Part shown: positions 36,071 through 48,520 of the stretch, piece after piece
How the letters are laid out: each line of letters starts with the position of its first letter
Numbering within the stretch: the first letter of the stretch is position 1
DNA from: Callorhinchus milii
Lineage: Eukaryota
Direction: 5' to 3'
DNA: 64,000 bases
NCBI RefSeq assembly: GCF_018977255.1
Contig: NW_024704742.1
Location: forward strand, 53,198,001-53,262,000
The notes under the pieces: model-generated
Database searches by the model: none
Told to the model about the DNA's origin: nothing
The model's input: only the letters and a program-made list of their open reading frames with translations
Made by a program: the position numbers and the translations under genes

Positions 36071-37919
36071 CCTATAATAATAATAAAGTAGGGATGGACA
36101 CCTTTGATCCTGTCCCAGTAGCTAGGCAAAAAAGCTAACAAAATTGGAGAAGAAAACAATTGGCAAGAATACAAAAAAAAAGTGCTTTTTATCTGCTATC
36201 CTTTGCGCTTCATTCATGACTTAAGTGCAAATAAAGATGTTCAATATTTGGTTTGTAACCTTCCGGTGTGGGTAGTAATGTCCACCATTATAAAGAGAAT
36301 TAGTAATATGATGATGGACGAGGTAAATTCTAGTCAGCAGTTAACTCCCAATAGAGTAATAATTGACGTGACATTGACACAATTGGACACAACAGTTCTG
36401 AATGGCCGCCTTCTGTGCCGCAAATTTCTAGTTTGCAGCTCTGCCAGGTTAACGCGTAAAAAGTTACAGCTTTCATGCAGGAGAAATTAAAGTAAGATTG
36501 CCGACAACACCATTGATGGAGATGACAATCCTCCCAAACAAACTGGAACAGGAACAACAACTCCATGAACAGACTTTAACAGCCAGCATTTGGGCGATCA
36601 TAAATATTAACAAGTATATCGTAACTTGGTATAAAGGGAGTTGGCACCAGTATGCCTATTCTTGTTATGTGCGCATCTGAGTTATATATATTACGCACTA
36701 CTAGCATAGACTTTGAATTGTAGAGAACTTTGAATTAAATATAAAATAACTCTTACTTTGATTTGACATTTGCAATTTTTTAAAGTAAAAACTAAGGAGG
36801 GTGTAAAGATGTGCCAGGTGAAATGAAAACGATCATAAGTGACAATTAACATTGTCGAAGACATAGTTGAACTTGTTGGTCTAGGGCAGATTAGTGTTTA
36901 CGTGTAGCTATGCAGTACTTAGCTCGTTTGAAACTACTACCGAATCCTGTGCCAATTCTTGTTTAACCTTTGTGCATTGCTGGCCTGTCTCAGAGAAATT
37001 TTCCGCAGAAAGCTGGTTACACAGATAAGCACGCAGTTCTGAATCCACTGGGGCCAAAAATTTTGAATTTGTAGAATGGTTGAATTGCACATCAAATAGG
37101 GGCCACCTTGAGACTACTCCTCCTCCCCTGCCGAAGGTTGTAACAGTTCAAGCAGAGCCCAGCACACCTTCAGGCCTGAGGACAAATGAACTGTAATGTA
37201 ATGCCATTCTTTACTGACATAAACACCAGCATTGACTCCACTTACAGGAAGTCATTAAGGTTGCTTTCTTGTCAACTCTTTTCAATCTAGTCAACAAAAT
37301 GGCATGATGTGACCAGTTTACATGCGGTTGATGTTTTCTGCACTATTTATGTGTTGACAATGGTTCTGTTGACCTTCCAGAAATAGTCACCTATCCTGCA
37401 ATTTGATATACAGCTGATACATGCGTGAAGTCAGAAAACAGACTGACTAATGTCTTCCGCAAACAGAACCTGACAGTTCAGCGATGGGTCTCTATGAGTT
37501 GTCAACACTGTGTAAACACAAGAAGCCATTTTCTGTGAATAAACCTAAATACACAAACACATGTTTTCTGTGAAAAAATTCAGTTAATTAGAAAATTAAA
37601 TTTTTCCACTATCCTCTGAAGGCTGTTACAACAGTTTTGGACAGATGCCTCTCACTGCGAAACTTTCTGTACCGTTTGTCTCTATTAATACTTTTTTAAA
37701 AACTTTTTAGCTTTTCTCTTCTCCCTCTCTCTCCTAAAGGAGATGACTATCGAAAGTTGAAATCTTCAAGCCCATCTGTAGGGTTGAAGTCTGTGTGTGA
37801 GTGTGGGGGGGGTGGAAGGAGAGGAAGCCTCCGACTTACAAGACTGATTGAGCCCAAAGCTGGTCACAAAATTTTGGCATCATCATTATCGTTTCCGATT
37901 GTATTTTATCAACCACATT

Positions 37920-38960
37920 GAGAACAATTTACATTCATATATTGTCTTTCCTGTTGGTGGAATGTGTCAAAGCACTTTACATAGTGTGAGCAGGAGCCTG
38001 CGCTGGGAAGACCTTAGGATTGGGGAAATTTAACTGAAAGTGCAGTCAAAGAGGTAGGTCTTCAGGTAGGATATGAAAGTAAGAGTGAGGGTGAGACAGG
38101 GGGATTTGGGGTGAGCGTTCTGGATGGGTGGGGTGGCAAAGTATCTGAATATTCACCCACTAATGGTAGGGCAGGAGCCTAAAGCAAACTGGAGTTGGTG
38201 ATGTGGAGGGAGTGCCTGGGGAGTAGAGTCACAGGAGGTCAGTGAGATAAGGTTGGTATAAGTGGGTGGAGGGATTAGACGGTGAGGATGAGTTGATCCA
38301 TGAGAAGATAAGGAGTTAGTGGAGAATGGGAGTGATATTAGTTGTAAATCTTAGGATCAAGAGTAGGCCATTCAGCCCTTCGAGCCTGTTCCACCATTTA
38401 ATTAGACCATGGCTGATCTGTACCTCAACTAATCCTTTCAATTCCAATTTCTCACTTTCTCCCCATATCCCTTGATATCCTGACCTACCAAAAATCTATC
38501 AACCTCACTCTTGAAGGTGTGGATGGATCCAGCATCCACGGCCTTTTGGGGAGAGAATTCTAGATTTCTACCACCCTTTGAGTGAAAAAATGCTTACTGA
38601 TTTCACTCTTAAATGGCCTGTTTCTAATTTTAAGACTATGTCCCCTTGTTTTGGATTCCCCTACCAGAGGAAATAGCTTCACTGTATCTGCCGTATCAAA
38701 TCCCTTTATCATCTTTAATACCTCAATCAAATCACCCCTTAACCTTTTAAATTTAAGAAAATACAATCCAAGTTTACCCAGCCTTTCCTCGTAACAACAC
38801 TTTTATGCCTGGTAACATTCTGAATGTTACTAGGCCTGTAACGTCTGGAGTTTGTGGACACTGGGACTGGGGAGCCCTAAAGGAGGTTGGAGATTGAATT
38901 TTCAGACAGCAAAGGTATAGATGAGGGTTTGGGCTGTATGGTTAAGGTAATGTGAAATGC
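37920..38960 (-). mobile_element. Old L2 fragment with a nested CR1 3' fragment (~38350-38821)
   Basis: L2 tail AACAATTTACATTCATAT; the CR1 part encodes FKRLRGDLIEVLKMIKGFD and closely matches 23260-23730; degenerate L2-like sequence appears to resume after 38840. Confidence 0.8.
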
Positions 38961-38974
38961 AGTACCGGAAGGCC

Positions 38975-39550
38975 GACGTGTGCCTCATTGTTGGTGGTGC
39001 CGTTTGTTGGATGAGGCATTAAACTGGGGTCTCATCTGCCTGTTCAGATGGATGGTAAAGATCCCATGGCAGTATTTGAATGAGAACAGAATTTCTTCTG
39101 CTGTCCTGGCGAATAATCCTACAAATAAAATCAGTCATTCACTTTATGGCTGTTTGTGGGACATTACTGTGTGCAAACTGGCTGTTGCCAACAAAATACC
39201 TACAAAATACACAGTGAACACTTTATAGCAGTGATGGCCAAGCTTTTGGGTTGACCAACAAAATACATTTTCTTGATCGTTTTTCTTGATAAATTTTCTT
39301 GAGATTTTTCTTGATTGAATGTTTTTCGATTTACGTCATTTGTCTTAAATCAAGAAATATTCAATAAAGAAAATCCTGGAAATACCGATCGAAAACCGAC
39401 TTACCGATACCAGTGCAAATGGCAGCTTCTTGCTGGCCCCAATGGCCACAGGCCAGGGGTTGGTCACCACTGCTTTATAGTGTATCTTGTAAAGTCCTTT
39501 GAGACCTCTTCCTTACATGAAAGGCTCTATATCAAATGCAAGGAGAATTT
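38975..39550 (+). mobile_element. Deu-domain SINE hosting a hAT-like MITE
   Basis: GGATGAGGCATTAAACTGGGGTCTCATCTGCCTGTTCAGATGGATG...ATCCCATGGCAGTATTTG; the tail resumes after 39480. Confidence 0.8.
39229..39472. mobile_element. Non-autonomous hAT-like DNA transposon (MITE), 244 bp
   Basis: TIRs CAGTGATGGCCAA / TTGGTCACCACTG; perfect 8-bp TSD CTTTATAG (39221-39228, 39473-39480); internal TTTTCTTGA repeats. Confidence 0.85.
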
Positions 39551-39704
39551 TTTTTAAATGGACTGAAATAGTCACCTCCTGTTCCTGTTTTCCTAAGTTC
39601 CCATCAGTTTATCAGTGTGAGAGAATACCTTAAAATGCTCACAGCTCTGTAGTCTGTTTGGAGTAGCAGAGTCGCACACTTTATCATATGCGATCATTGC
39701 TTCT

Positions 39705-39775
39705 ACAGCGCCTTGGGACGTCCTCCCGACGTGAAAGGCGCTCTATAAATGGAATCTTGTTGTTGTTGTTGTTGT
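39705..39775 (+). mobile_element. Very short, well-preserved L2 3' tail
   Basis: ACAGCGCCTTGGGACGTCCTCCCGACGTGAAAGGCGCTCTATAAATGGAATC(TTG)n. Confidence 0.8.
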
Positions 39776-42700
39776 ACTGAAATTGTTTTCAAATGAATGC
39801 CTCAAGAAAACGATCCCATATCATGCTGCCTTTGGCACTCAGGCAATATTAGGCTTCTGGCACCTATGCATCCATCCATTTGGCACTCGGGCAATATTAG
39901 GCTTGTGATGTGCAGCATGTCAGACATATTCAAGGTTCAGGCCATATGGGTTTAACAGGGTTGAGTAGAAGCATCAGCTCTGCAGGAGAATATGGTCACT
40001 CCCATGCCATGTGTATAGATCAACATTCCATTGTGACATCTTGGCTGAGATCCACTACTGTACTTTCATGTAGTATGGTATGTACAGCATTACAGTGCCA
40101 TGTGTTGTCAACATGATTTATGGACTGCTTAAGAGAAAAATAGCTGTCAGTAAAGGAATGAAAACTATCCGAACACATGGAAACAAACTACAGCACATGT
40201 CTCTTGTTTGGAGAAAGCACTTTTAAACTAATAACATTTTATTTTATACATCAAGATGCTTAGGCTTTTCCTTGCAGGTACTCTTTTCTGCAGGCTCCTT
40301 CTGTCCATTGCAAGTACACTTCAAACACAATTCTATGGCTCATCCCCAATGTGTTTGCAGCCTCATTTGAAAATTCTTCCTTCTTCAATGTAAGTTATTA
40401 AAGGAAACATTTAAAGCTTTTCAACAATGTCCTCATAACCTTGATGTCACTCTCAAATGATACCATCTGCTCCACAAGTGTCTCTCTTGGCATCAATGGA
40501 GGTTGACACTCAGCACGTGCTGATACTCAGCAATTTCACCATCACACCAGGCTTGTCATTGTTATCTCTTTGGCTTGAGTCTAGCTTAGTTAATAATAAT
40601 AATCCTACATTTGGTGTCCTGGCCAGCAATCTCCAGAGAAATTGATCATGGTTGTTTGTGAATCATTGCATGTGTAAAATTGGGTGCTGTGAATGCTTAC
40701 TCAGTTGCTACAGGTTACAGCAATTGCTTGTAGCCCACTTTGAGACATTTGATCCCTATAGGCACTACAGTATATTATTATAGCAAGCAAGGCTGAAAGG
40801 AGGCCTTTATAACTGATGTGAATATCTAATATCCATGTTCAAGATTGCTCTATGGTGTTAGTTTATTTGAGGAAGAGCAGGTATAATCACTTAATGAGGC
40901 AAACATTGTGCTAAAGCAGCACATTTCCTGGCAATCACTAGTTTTATTGCAGAGAATCCAGTGGTTAAACCACTGGCGACATATCTTTGACCACAGCTCT
41001 CTTCTCTGTGTGAACCTGTGCTTGTGCTAAGTGACCCAGTGGATAGTCAATATTTGGAGGCATTATCTCCAACTAAAACAGTTGGATTTATTTATCTAAG
41101 TGCTAATGAATGAGTGACAATGATATAACTCAGTAAATTGACGTTGCTTATGTTAGCCACGGCTTAACCCAGACCTATCGGATTACCTGGATTTGCCAGC
41201 TGCAGGATTTATATAGCGAGGACCAAGCATGTGTTCTTAAAGCATTGTTGTCTTTACTGGGTCATAACAGACAATATACTGACACAGAAAATCCAAATCA
41301 AATACAATGGATTGTAATGGTTTTGTATTATGTGTTTAAAATGGTTATTGTTCAAATGCAGTTTTGCCGCCCTGATTGGAACATCTCAGTGTCCTTTTTA
41401 GCTTCAAAATGTCTATTAACAATTCAAGAGCATTTATAGCCTCTGGTTGTTTTGTTAGTTTTTTTCTCGATTTACATTTTGCTTGTGTAAGCTGTCAGAA
41501 AGGCCTAAGGGGAATCTTAACAGTGTTAATCCACCTCACATCCCCGAGGCTTTGCAATGAGATTTCTTATTTAACTGACAGACACACACCAATATTTTAG
41601 TTATGTTACACAGACTGGTAATAAAACCTTTGCTTGGATTAAATGTAAAAAAAATTCAAAGTGGGTGGCAAAAATACAACCAAGATAAATTTGCCTATTC
41701 AGGTCAATACGAAAGGATCTGAGGAGGAGAGAACCCTGATATGAAGGGTACTATATAAATGTAAATTTGTATTGTATTGTATCCTGGCCAATAATCCTCC
41801 AGAACAATTGATCATTCTCTTCATGGCTGTTTCTTGGACACTCCTGCACAAGGACATTATTTGGTAAGGAAGGAAGTTTTCTCCGGTGTCCTTGCCAAAA
41901 CATGCCCAAATTCTCAAAAATATACCTCATGCTAATTTGTCAGACCTTGCTGTACGGCTGCTGTGTTTGCCTTCAAAAAAAGTTACTAGTCTTTACTTAA
42001 AGGGTCAATTTGTGCACAGGAGTGTCCCAGAAACAGTCATAAAGTGAATGGTCAATTGCTCTGGAGGATTCTTGGCCAGGATACAATACAATGCAAATTT
42101 ATATTTATATAACGGCCTTCACGTTAGAGAGAAATTCTCCTTTTTTAATATAGCACTATGGAATCTGTAATGTCAACTAGAACAGGTGGATGGGAGCTTG
42201 GTTTAACATGGCAACTGAAAGCTGGCACCTCTGACAGTGCTCCTCCATTGCCATAGCTGAGTGCCAGCTTAGTCTGTGAGCTGAAAGTCATTATAGATTT
42301 GTGCCATATTGTCAATAGATTTAGACAAAAAGCATCAGAATTCTTTTTTTTAAAAAAAGAAAGGTGGTTGTCCGAACAGCCATGAAGTGAATGTTCAATG
42401 TATCTGGAGAATTGTTGACCTGGAATAACCGGGCCAACACCAGAATAGAATGCTATTCGCTTTTCAAATTCTGCCATGGGATCTTTAAAGTCCACCTGGA
42501 CAAGGAAGATGAGATGTCAATTTAATGTTTCATCTGATGAATGAATGCAACACATTTCCAGGCCTGGATTTGGGGGGGGTGGGGGAGGAACCTTGAACCC
42601 ACAATCGTCTGACTCATAGATAAAAGTGCCACCAATTGAGTCTCACTGACCTACTTAGACACCTTAACACTCATATGCATGTGGGATAGGAGTACACTCA

Positions 42701-44759
42701 TTCTACTCCTAACCATTAACAGACATGATTTTGAGGAGATCCTCAGCCAGTCCATCGAGACTGGATTTAAAGACAGGTTCTGTGGCAGATTGGATAGTGG
42801 CGCCACGATTAGATGTTTCAACAATTGTAATTTACTGCTGAAATATGAATGGGGAGTGAAACTTTGATCTTTTAAAGTACATAACACAAAAATGGGCTTT
42901 GGTTACCAATGAGTGCAATATACAGAAGATTATGCAATCTCTGTGTTATTAGCTTTCCTATTGCACAATTGTTTGGCATTGCCACAACGCCACTAACCAC
43001 CAAACTACAATCATTCATCAACTTGTACGTTCTGCTGCAAAATCTGCATCAGTGTGATTGGTAACAGATTAGTCACTGTAACATGAATGGATGTGACTGA
43101 AATCTGATAGCAGCAATTGAAGGCTGAAGGCAAAGTGAAAATCTTTTTGCCTCTCCTTTTTTAAGACACTTGCTCAACCTGGGGTGCAGTTCCATCATTG
43201 ACAATCATCCTCCTTTACCTCACCCAAGTGACTATTGTTCTTGTGTGAGTTTGGACAGTGAATGAGGTCTAAATGTGGTTTAGGCTAATGGCCCATGGAC
43301 TAACAATATTTAAACATGCACAGAGGCCTTTAATTATGTAACTAACCAATGGAAAGCAACACAGAATTACTTGTAATCATTTTCATTGGTGGTGAAGTAC
43401 ACAGTTAAGAACATGTGTTTGAACATGGGTAGTCCATGGGCTATTAGCAGACTGTTTAACAGTTTCATCACACTGAGCCCGATCTACAGGGTGTCCACGA
43501 AGATCTGTTACCCCCATGTTTTTCTTCTACAATGCACTGACCAACAACTGGAACATATGGAAGAATAATGATAATTGTATATAGAAGTATTTAATTGTAT
43601 TCAGTACAAGTGTTTAACTGTATTTAGATGTCCAGACGACCAGAGGATCGGTGTGTGAACGCCATCATTTTCATGGCAGATTAGGATCCATTGCTATGTT
43701 CGGTGCGACATCTTCTTAACATGGATGCAGTGACGAGGTGAAATGCATCCCTGACTGCTTGTTTCAGCTCCTCTGCAGTCTCGCATCATTGTTTTGTAAC
43801 AGGAGGGGTGGAGGGTAAGAGGTCATTGTGGACACCTTGTACATCTACTGCCTTCACACCGGCAAGTTCCTACAGTTGTCTCTGGTTTAGAGTGGGAAGC
43901 TGGTTGATGTTTTTCCTCCCTAGCACAGAAATGAGCTGACTCAACATAAATAAGGATCAAATCTGAACCTCTCTCTCTAGGTTTCTAGCACTTCATTTTC
44001 CCCCAGCTTCCCTACTTAGTTTGGATGTTAATGATCAGATAGCACTATATGAAAAGAGAAGGGGGTTTTCTCCTGACGTCCTGGCCAATAATCCCCCAGA
44101 TAAATTGATCATTTGCTTTGTGGATGTTTGTGGCATCTTGCTATATGTAAATTGTCTGTTGAGGGTTCTTACAATTACACAATTCCTACACTTTACAGCA
44201 ATTTGAAGTGTTTTGAGATATTTCATTGTCTCTACCAACTAAAAGGATTATTATGTGTGAGCATTAATATTGAGACCAATAAACATCTGAGGTCACTGGG
44301 GACTAAACAGGAACTGTAGCTGATTTTCCCCTGCTAGCCCAGAGATAGTGAGCTCCAATTGAGGTACCTCAATTGTTTTCATGGCTGAGATTGTTTAGCG
44401 TGGGTCAGAGATCAGAAAATAGTTGCATTCTGGAGATACCATTTTTCAACATTTAGAAATTTTCCTGAAATCTATAATAATAATCCTTGCATTTGATATA
44501 GTGCCTTATTACTTTGCTGAAATGTCTTAACTTGCTTCACAGGATTTACTGTAGAGTGTAGTCACAGTGTGGCTGTTTGCAGGACATTGCTGCCACACTT
44601 GTTAAAAAATACAGTCACTGCATTGTACAGTGCTAATTAATTTTATCTGAGGAATCATTGGCCAGGAAACCGGAAGAAACACCCTTCTCTTTTTGGACAG
44701 TATTCTGGCATAAGGGCTATATCAAATGCAAGGATTTTTATTATTCTATTATTATCGTT

Positions 44760-45072
44760 TAATAATAATAATCCTTGCATTTGATATAGCGCTTTTCACG
44801 TCTTCTCGACATTTCAAAGCGCTTAACAGAATATACTGTAAAGTGAATTGACTGCATACTTGTGGGCGAAACACAGCAGCCAATTGCACACAGCAGTGTC
44901 ACACAAACAGTCATGGATTGAAAATGACCAATTTATTATTGGTTTGTTTTGGAGGGATTATTATTAGGCGTGTGGAGTAAGGAAACTTACCCAAGGTTTC
45001 GCCCTGCCTGGAATTGAACCAGGGTGTCTCGCTTGCAAGGTGAGTGCTCTAACCACTGAGCTACAGGACTCC
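44760..45072 (-). mobile_element. Young tRNA-derived SINE, full length, short form
   Basis: Reverse complement aligns end-to-end with 8415-8726 and 57297-57603. Confidence 0.92.
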
Positions 45073-45929
45073 TGTTTAAAGCCCACCTGAACAGACAGAC
45101 TCTATACGTAGTGTAAGTGACTCTGAGGCAGATTCTCACTGTTCAGCTCCTTTAAGGGAGTAAGGCAATACATCACAGGCGCAGAAGCACAGCTCCACTA
45201 AGCACCACATTCACTGACTCGCAGGACAACATATCGTGACTGGTTTTCCAATTGCGATGGGATTGAAAAGATTTGTGAGCTTGATGCCAGATGCCTCTGT
45301 AACAAATTTAATAGAACTGGTTTATAATCCTCCAGTGCTGTCACTATAATCAAAGTTTCCTTTGCATGGATGAAATGAGATTAGTTTTGAAAGCATCACC
45401 AAGCTGAAAGTAAATCGTTAATGCTGTTTGTCAAAAGCTTGAAAGCTATGGATTGTTTAGTTCATCTCTGGATAAGGAACAGAGATTAATTGGAGATAAT
45501 AACTGGAACTGATGTTTTACTATTATGATGAAATGTTATTGAATGTAACCTTTGCGGAAATTTTGTTATATTAGTGTTGAATAAATATGTTTACCCACAA
45601 ACAGCCATGAAGTAAATGACCAACTTTATCTGGAGAAATTCTGGTCAGGATACCGTGACAAACTCCCTTCACTTTTTAGTTTAATGCCATGGAATCTATA
45701 ACGTCGATCTGAATGGGAAGATGGTTTAAAGTCTCGTCCAAAGAATGGCACATCCAAAAATGCAGCGCTCTCCCAGCAATGCACTGAAAAGTCAGCCTCG
45801 CAATCAGATTTATGTAGCCCAACAACAACAACTTGCAGTTATATAGCACCCCTCAGCCCAGGGAACCCCCAGAAGCTGAAGGGGTAAAGGCATTGGTTGT
45901 GCAGAACTAGGGTAGAAGAGCAAAAAAGT

Positions 45930-46290
45930 GAAGATATCTGATCTCAATTAGAGCAGCATTTTGGGATTCTACTATTTGCCCTCAGTGCCCCTAGACTGGG
46001 GTGAGAAAACCCCCCAGAATACTAGCTCCTGATTCCTATCCAGTGACCATGGCTGGAGGTGTATGTGTTCTCACATCTGATGAAGTACAAGCAGCTTTAG
46101 CTGTGATCCCCTTTCAATTAATTGATCATCCTGCCAACACTTGGGGTCAAAATCTATACCTAAATGTTGGTCATTCGGGGCAGTAATAGGTGTCATGGAA
46201 TCTACCCGAGGAAAAGGATGAAAGAGTCAAAAATGCATTCAGCGGACAAGGTGGGATCGGGAGAAAACAGCTATTAGAAGAGAAGTTGGT
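45930..46290 (+). mobile_element. LF-SINE-like element
   Basis: CTGATCTCA...CCTCAGTGCCCCTAG...GCTCCTGATT.CTATCCAGTGACC..GCTGGA...CTGTGATCCCC...CCTGCCAACAC. Confidence 0.7.
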
Positions 46291-46379
46291 GGAAAGAAAA
46301 AAAACTGATAAGAAGCACAACCAGGGTTACTAGTCAATAGAAATACATTTAGAATGGAAGCTCTTTTCTGTGGGCATTT

Positions 46380-46680
46380 AAACATAACAGCATGATATTG
46401 TTACAATCTTTGTGGGGCGGAGGGCTCTGACACTAATTAACGCTCAATTAACTTAGCCTGCTGCCTGCTTTTTTTCATTCAGTTTTAATGGGCTCTTCTA
46501 TGAGGGAGCTGCTTGCTGATTTGAACTAGGGCGATAAATATTCAGCACACGATTTATAAAAGACTGCATAGAATCATTCAGCAGGAACCGTGCAAGTAAA
46601 CAGGAAGTTTAGCACTGGCTCCGACAGCTTCCTCCCTTACAATTCACATCTCCGAATCATGCTATTGTTTCTGCTTTAAA
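46380..46680. promoter_or_regulatory. Candidate enhancer / conserved non-coding element with a FOX:ETS composite site
   Basis: Unique sequence with GTAAACAGGAAGT (46596-46608), further GGAA cores, GATAA, ATTGTT and AATTAA motifs. Confidence 0.35.
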
Positions 46681-48219
46681 CACCACAAGGTCAGGACTCA
46701 AGTTGCTAGTTTGCTGTTTTGTCCTGGTTCAGAAATGACTCCAGCATGTTACGTATTTCTGAATATTCTGAATAGCATTCAGAACCTGCTTCTACTGAGG
46801 AGTGTTTAGGCACAGTTCCCAGCCGCTTATTTAGGAATTGGTCAATTGATAGCAAAGGTTCCACCCATGCATACAATGCAAGTCATCAATACAACACTTT
46901 GCACTTATATAGTGCCTTTCACATAGGGGAAGCGCTCTGGGACGCTAGCCCGCGTGAGGCACTATATAAGTGCAAGTTGTTGTTGCTGTTGTTGAAGCGT
47001 CTCAAGGTGGTTTACAAGGGCTAAGTGGGAGCCCAATTTAGGAAGGTGATAGGAGGGAGGTGACTGAAGGTGCAGTCAAAGTGATAGGTTAAAGATTTCC
47101 AAAGTAAGATTATCACGTTACATATGAGACACCCATATAATATCATAATATACATTAATTTTTGGTCAGCTGGATTTCTGACACATGAGGAAACCCATTT
47201 TCATGTTTAAGAGGATTCAAAATAGACTGAGTTGTAACTAGTTAATAGTGATCAGGAACAGGAATGCTTGTGGATTTTTCCCTCCTCAATCTACTAGGAT
47301 TGAGGCTAATTGTAGCGCCTCTGCTATCTTGGGGAAGATCAGCCATCTCAGCACAGACCACGAATTGAACCCAGGATTTTTCTGACTTGTAATATTCAAT
47401 AATAATAATAATAATCCTTGCATTTGATATAACAGCCATTGTGTGCATGGCAAGGTTCTGCAACAACAACTAATTACATTTATATAGTGCCTTGCACATC
47501 AGAAGGACGTCCCAAGGTGCTGGTGAACAGCCACAATGTAAATAATTAATTTATACGGAGATATTCTTGGCTGACCAGGACACAGGATGAATGGCCTTCT
47601 CTTTTTGAACAGTGAATGGAATCTTTAACGTCCACCTGAATAGATGGATGAGATCTTAGTTTAATGTCTCACCCGAAGGATATCATTATAATGACAGTGA
47701 ATTGTGATAAATCCAATGTCTGGTCTGCCTCTCCAGGGTTATGTTAAAAAAAAACTCTCAAAAGTAAGTCACAACAACAGCTGCTCTGTAATTATTTTAT
47801 GGAATGACACAAGTAAAACGGGCAGCTACCCGTCTATTCACTAATCACTGGTACTTGAAAAAAATGCACTGTTGTAAAGACTATTACCTTGTTGGCCACC
47901 TTCTACAGATCTGAAAAGGAAATGAACTGCTATTAACACCTAGGGCTGCTTGCTCTACCCATCCGCACTTAACATTCTGATGAAAGGAAATCCTAAAGCT
48001 GTCAGCGGGCGATCACTGTCATTGTAATAACTGAGCTGACTGTGATAATGACCACTCACTGACCAGACACTGGGACACACGGAGATTTGTAATCATTAGA
48101 TCACAATCATTGTAATCATTAGGTCTGAATGAAGAAGGCCCTTCGGCCCATCCAATCTCATCCCTCCATAATACCCCCCTACTATCTGTCCATCATAAGA
48201 GCATCACATATAATATAGT

Positions 48220-48520
48220 AATAATAATAATTCTTATATTTGATATAGTGCCTTATTGTGTCATTGAGATCTATCAAATTGTTTTATAATATTTTACAGT
48301 GATGTAGTGCCTGTAAACAACTACAGCAGTGAATTTACACAGAGCAATGTCCCACAAACAGCCATGGAGTGAATGACCAATTTTATCTGGGGTAGAAACT
48401 CCCTTCTCTTTTCCAACAGTGCTATGGGATTTTTAACATTCTCCTAAACAGGCAGGCAGAACCTCGGTTTAACATCTCATCTGAAGAACAGCACCTCCGA
48501 CAATGCAGTGCTCCCCCATG
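48220..48520 (-). mobile_element. Deu-domain SINE
   Basis: AGCAATGTCCCACAAACAGCCATGGAGTGAATGACCAATTTTATCTGG...AACCTCGGTTTAACATCTCATCTGAAGAACAGCACCTCCGACAATGCAG. Confidence 0.8.

Noticed and set aside
36908..37140. Protein-like minus-strand ORF (...LAPVDSELRAYLCNQLSAENF...)
   Set aside because: An in-frame stop lies between it and the nearest good acceptor, and I recognise no homology.
39831..39904. 26-bp near-tandem duplication TTTGGCACTC(A/G)GGCAATATTAGGCTT
   Set aside because: Real, but an ordinary local duplication with no further structure.
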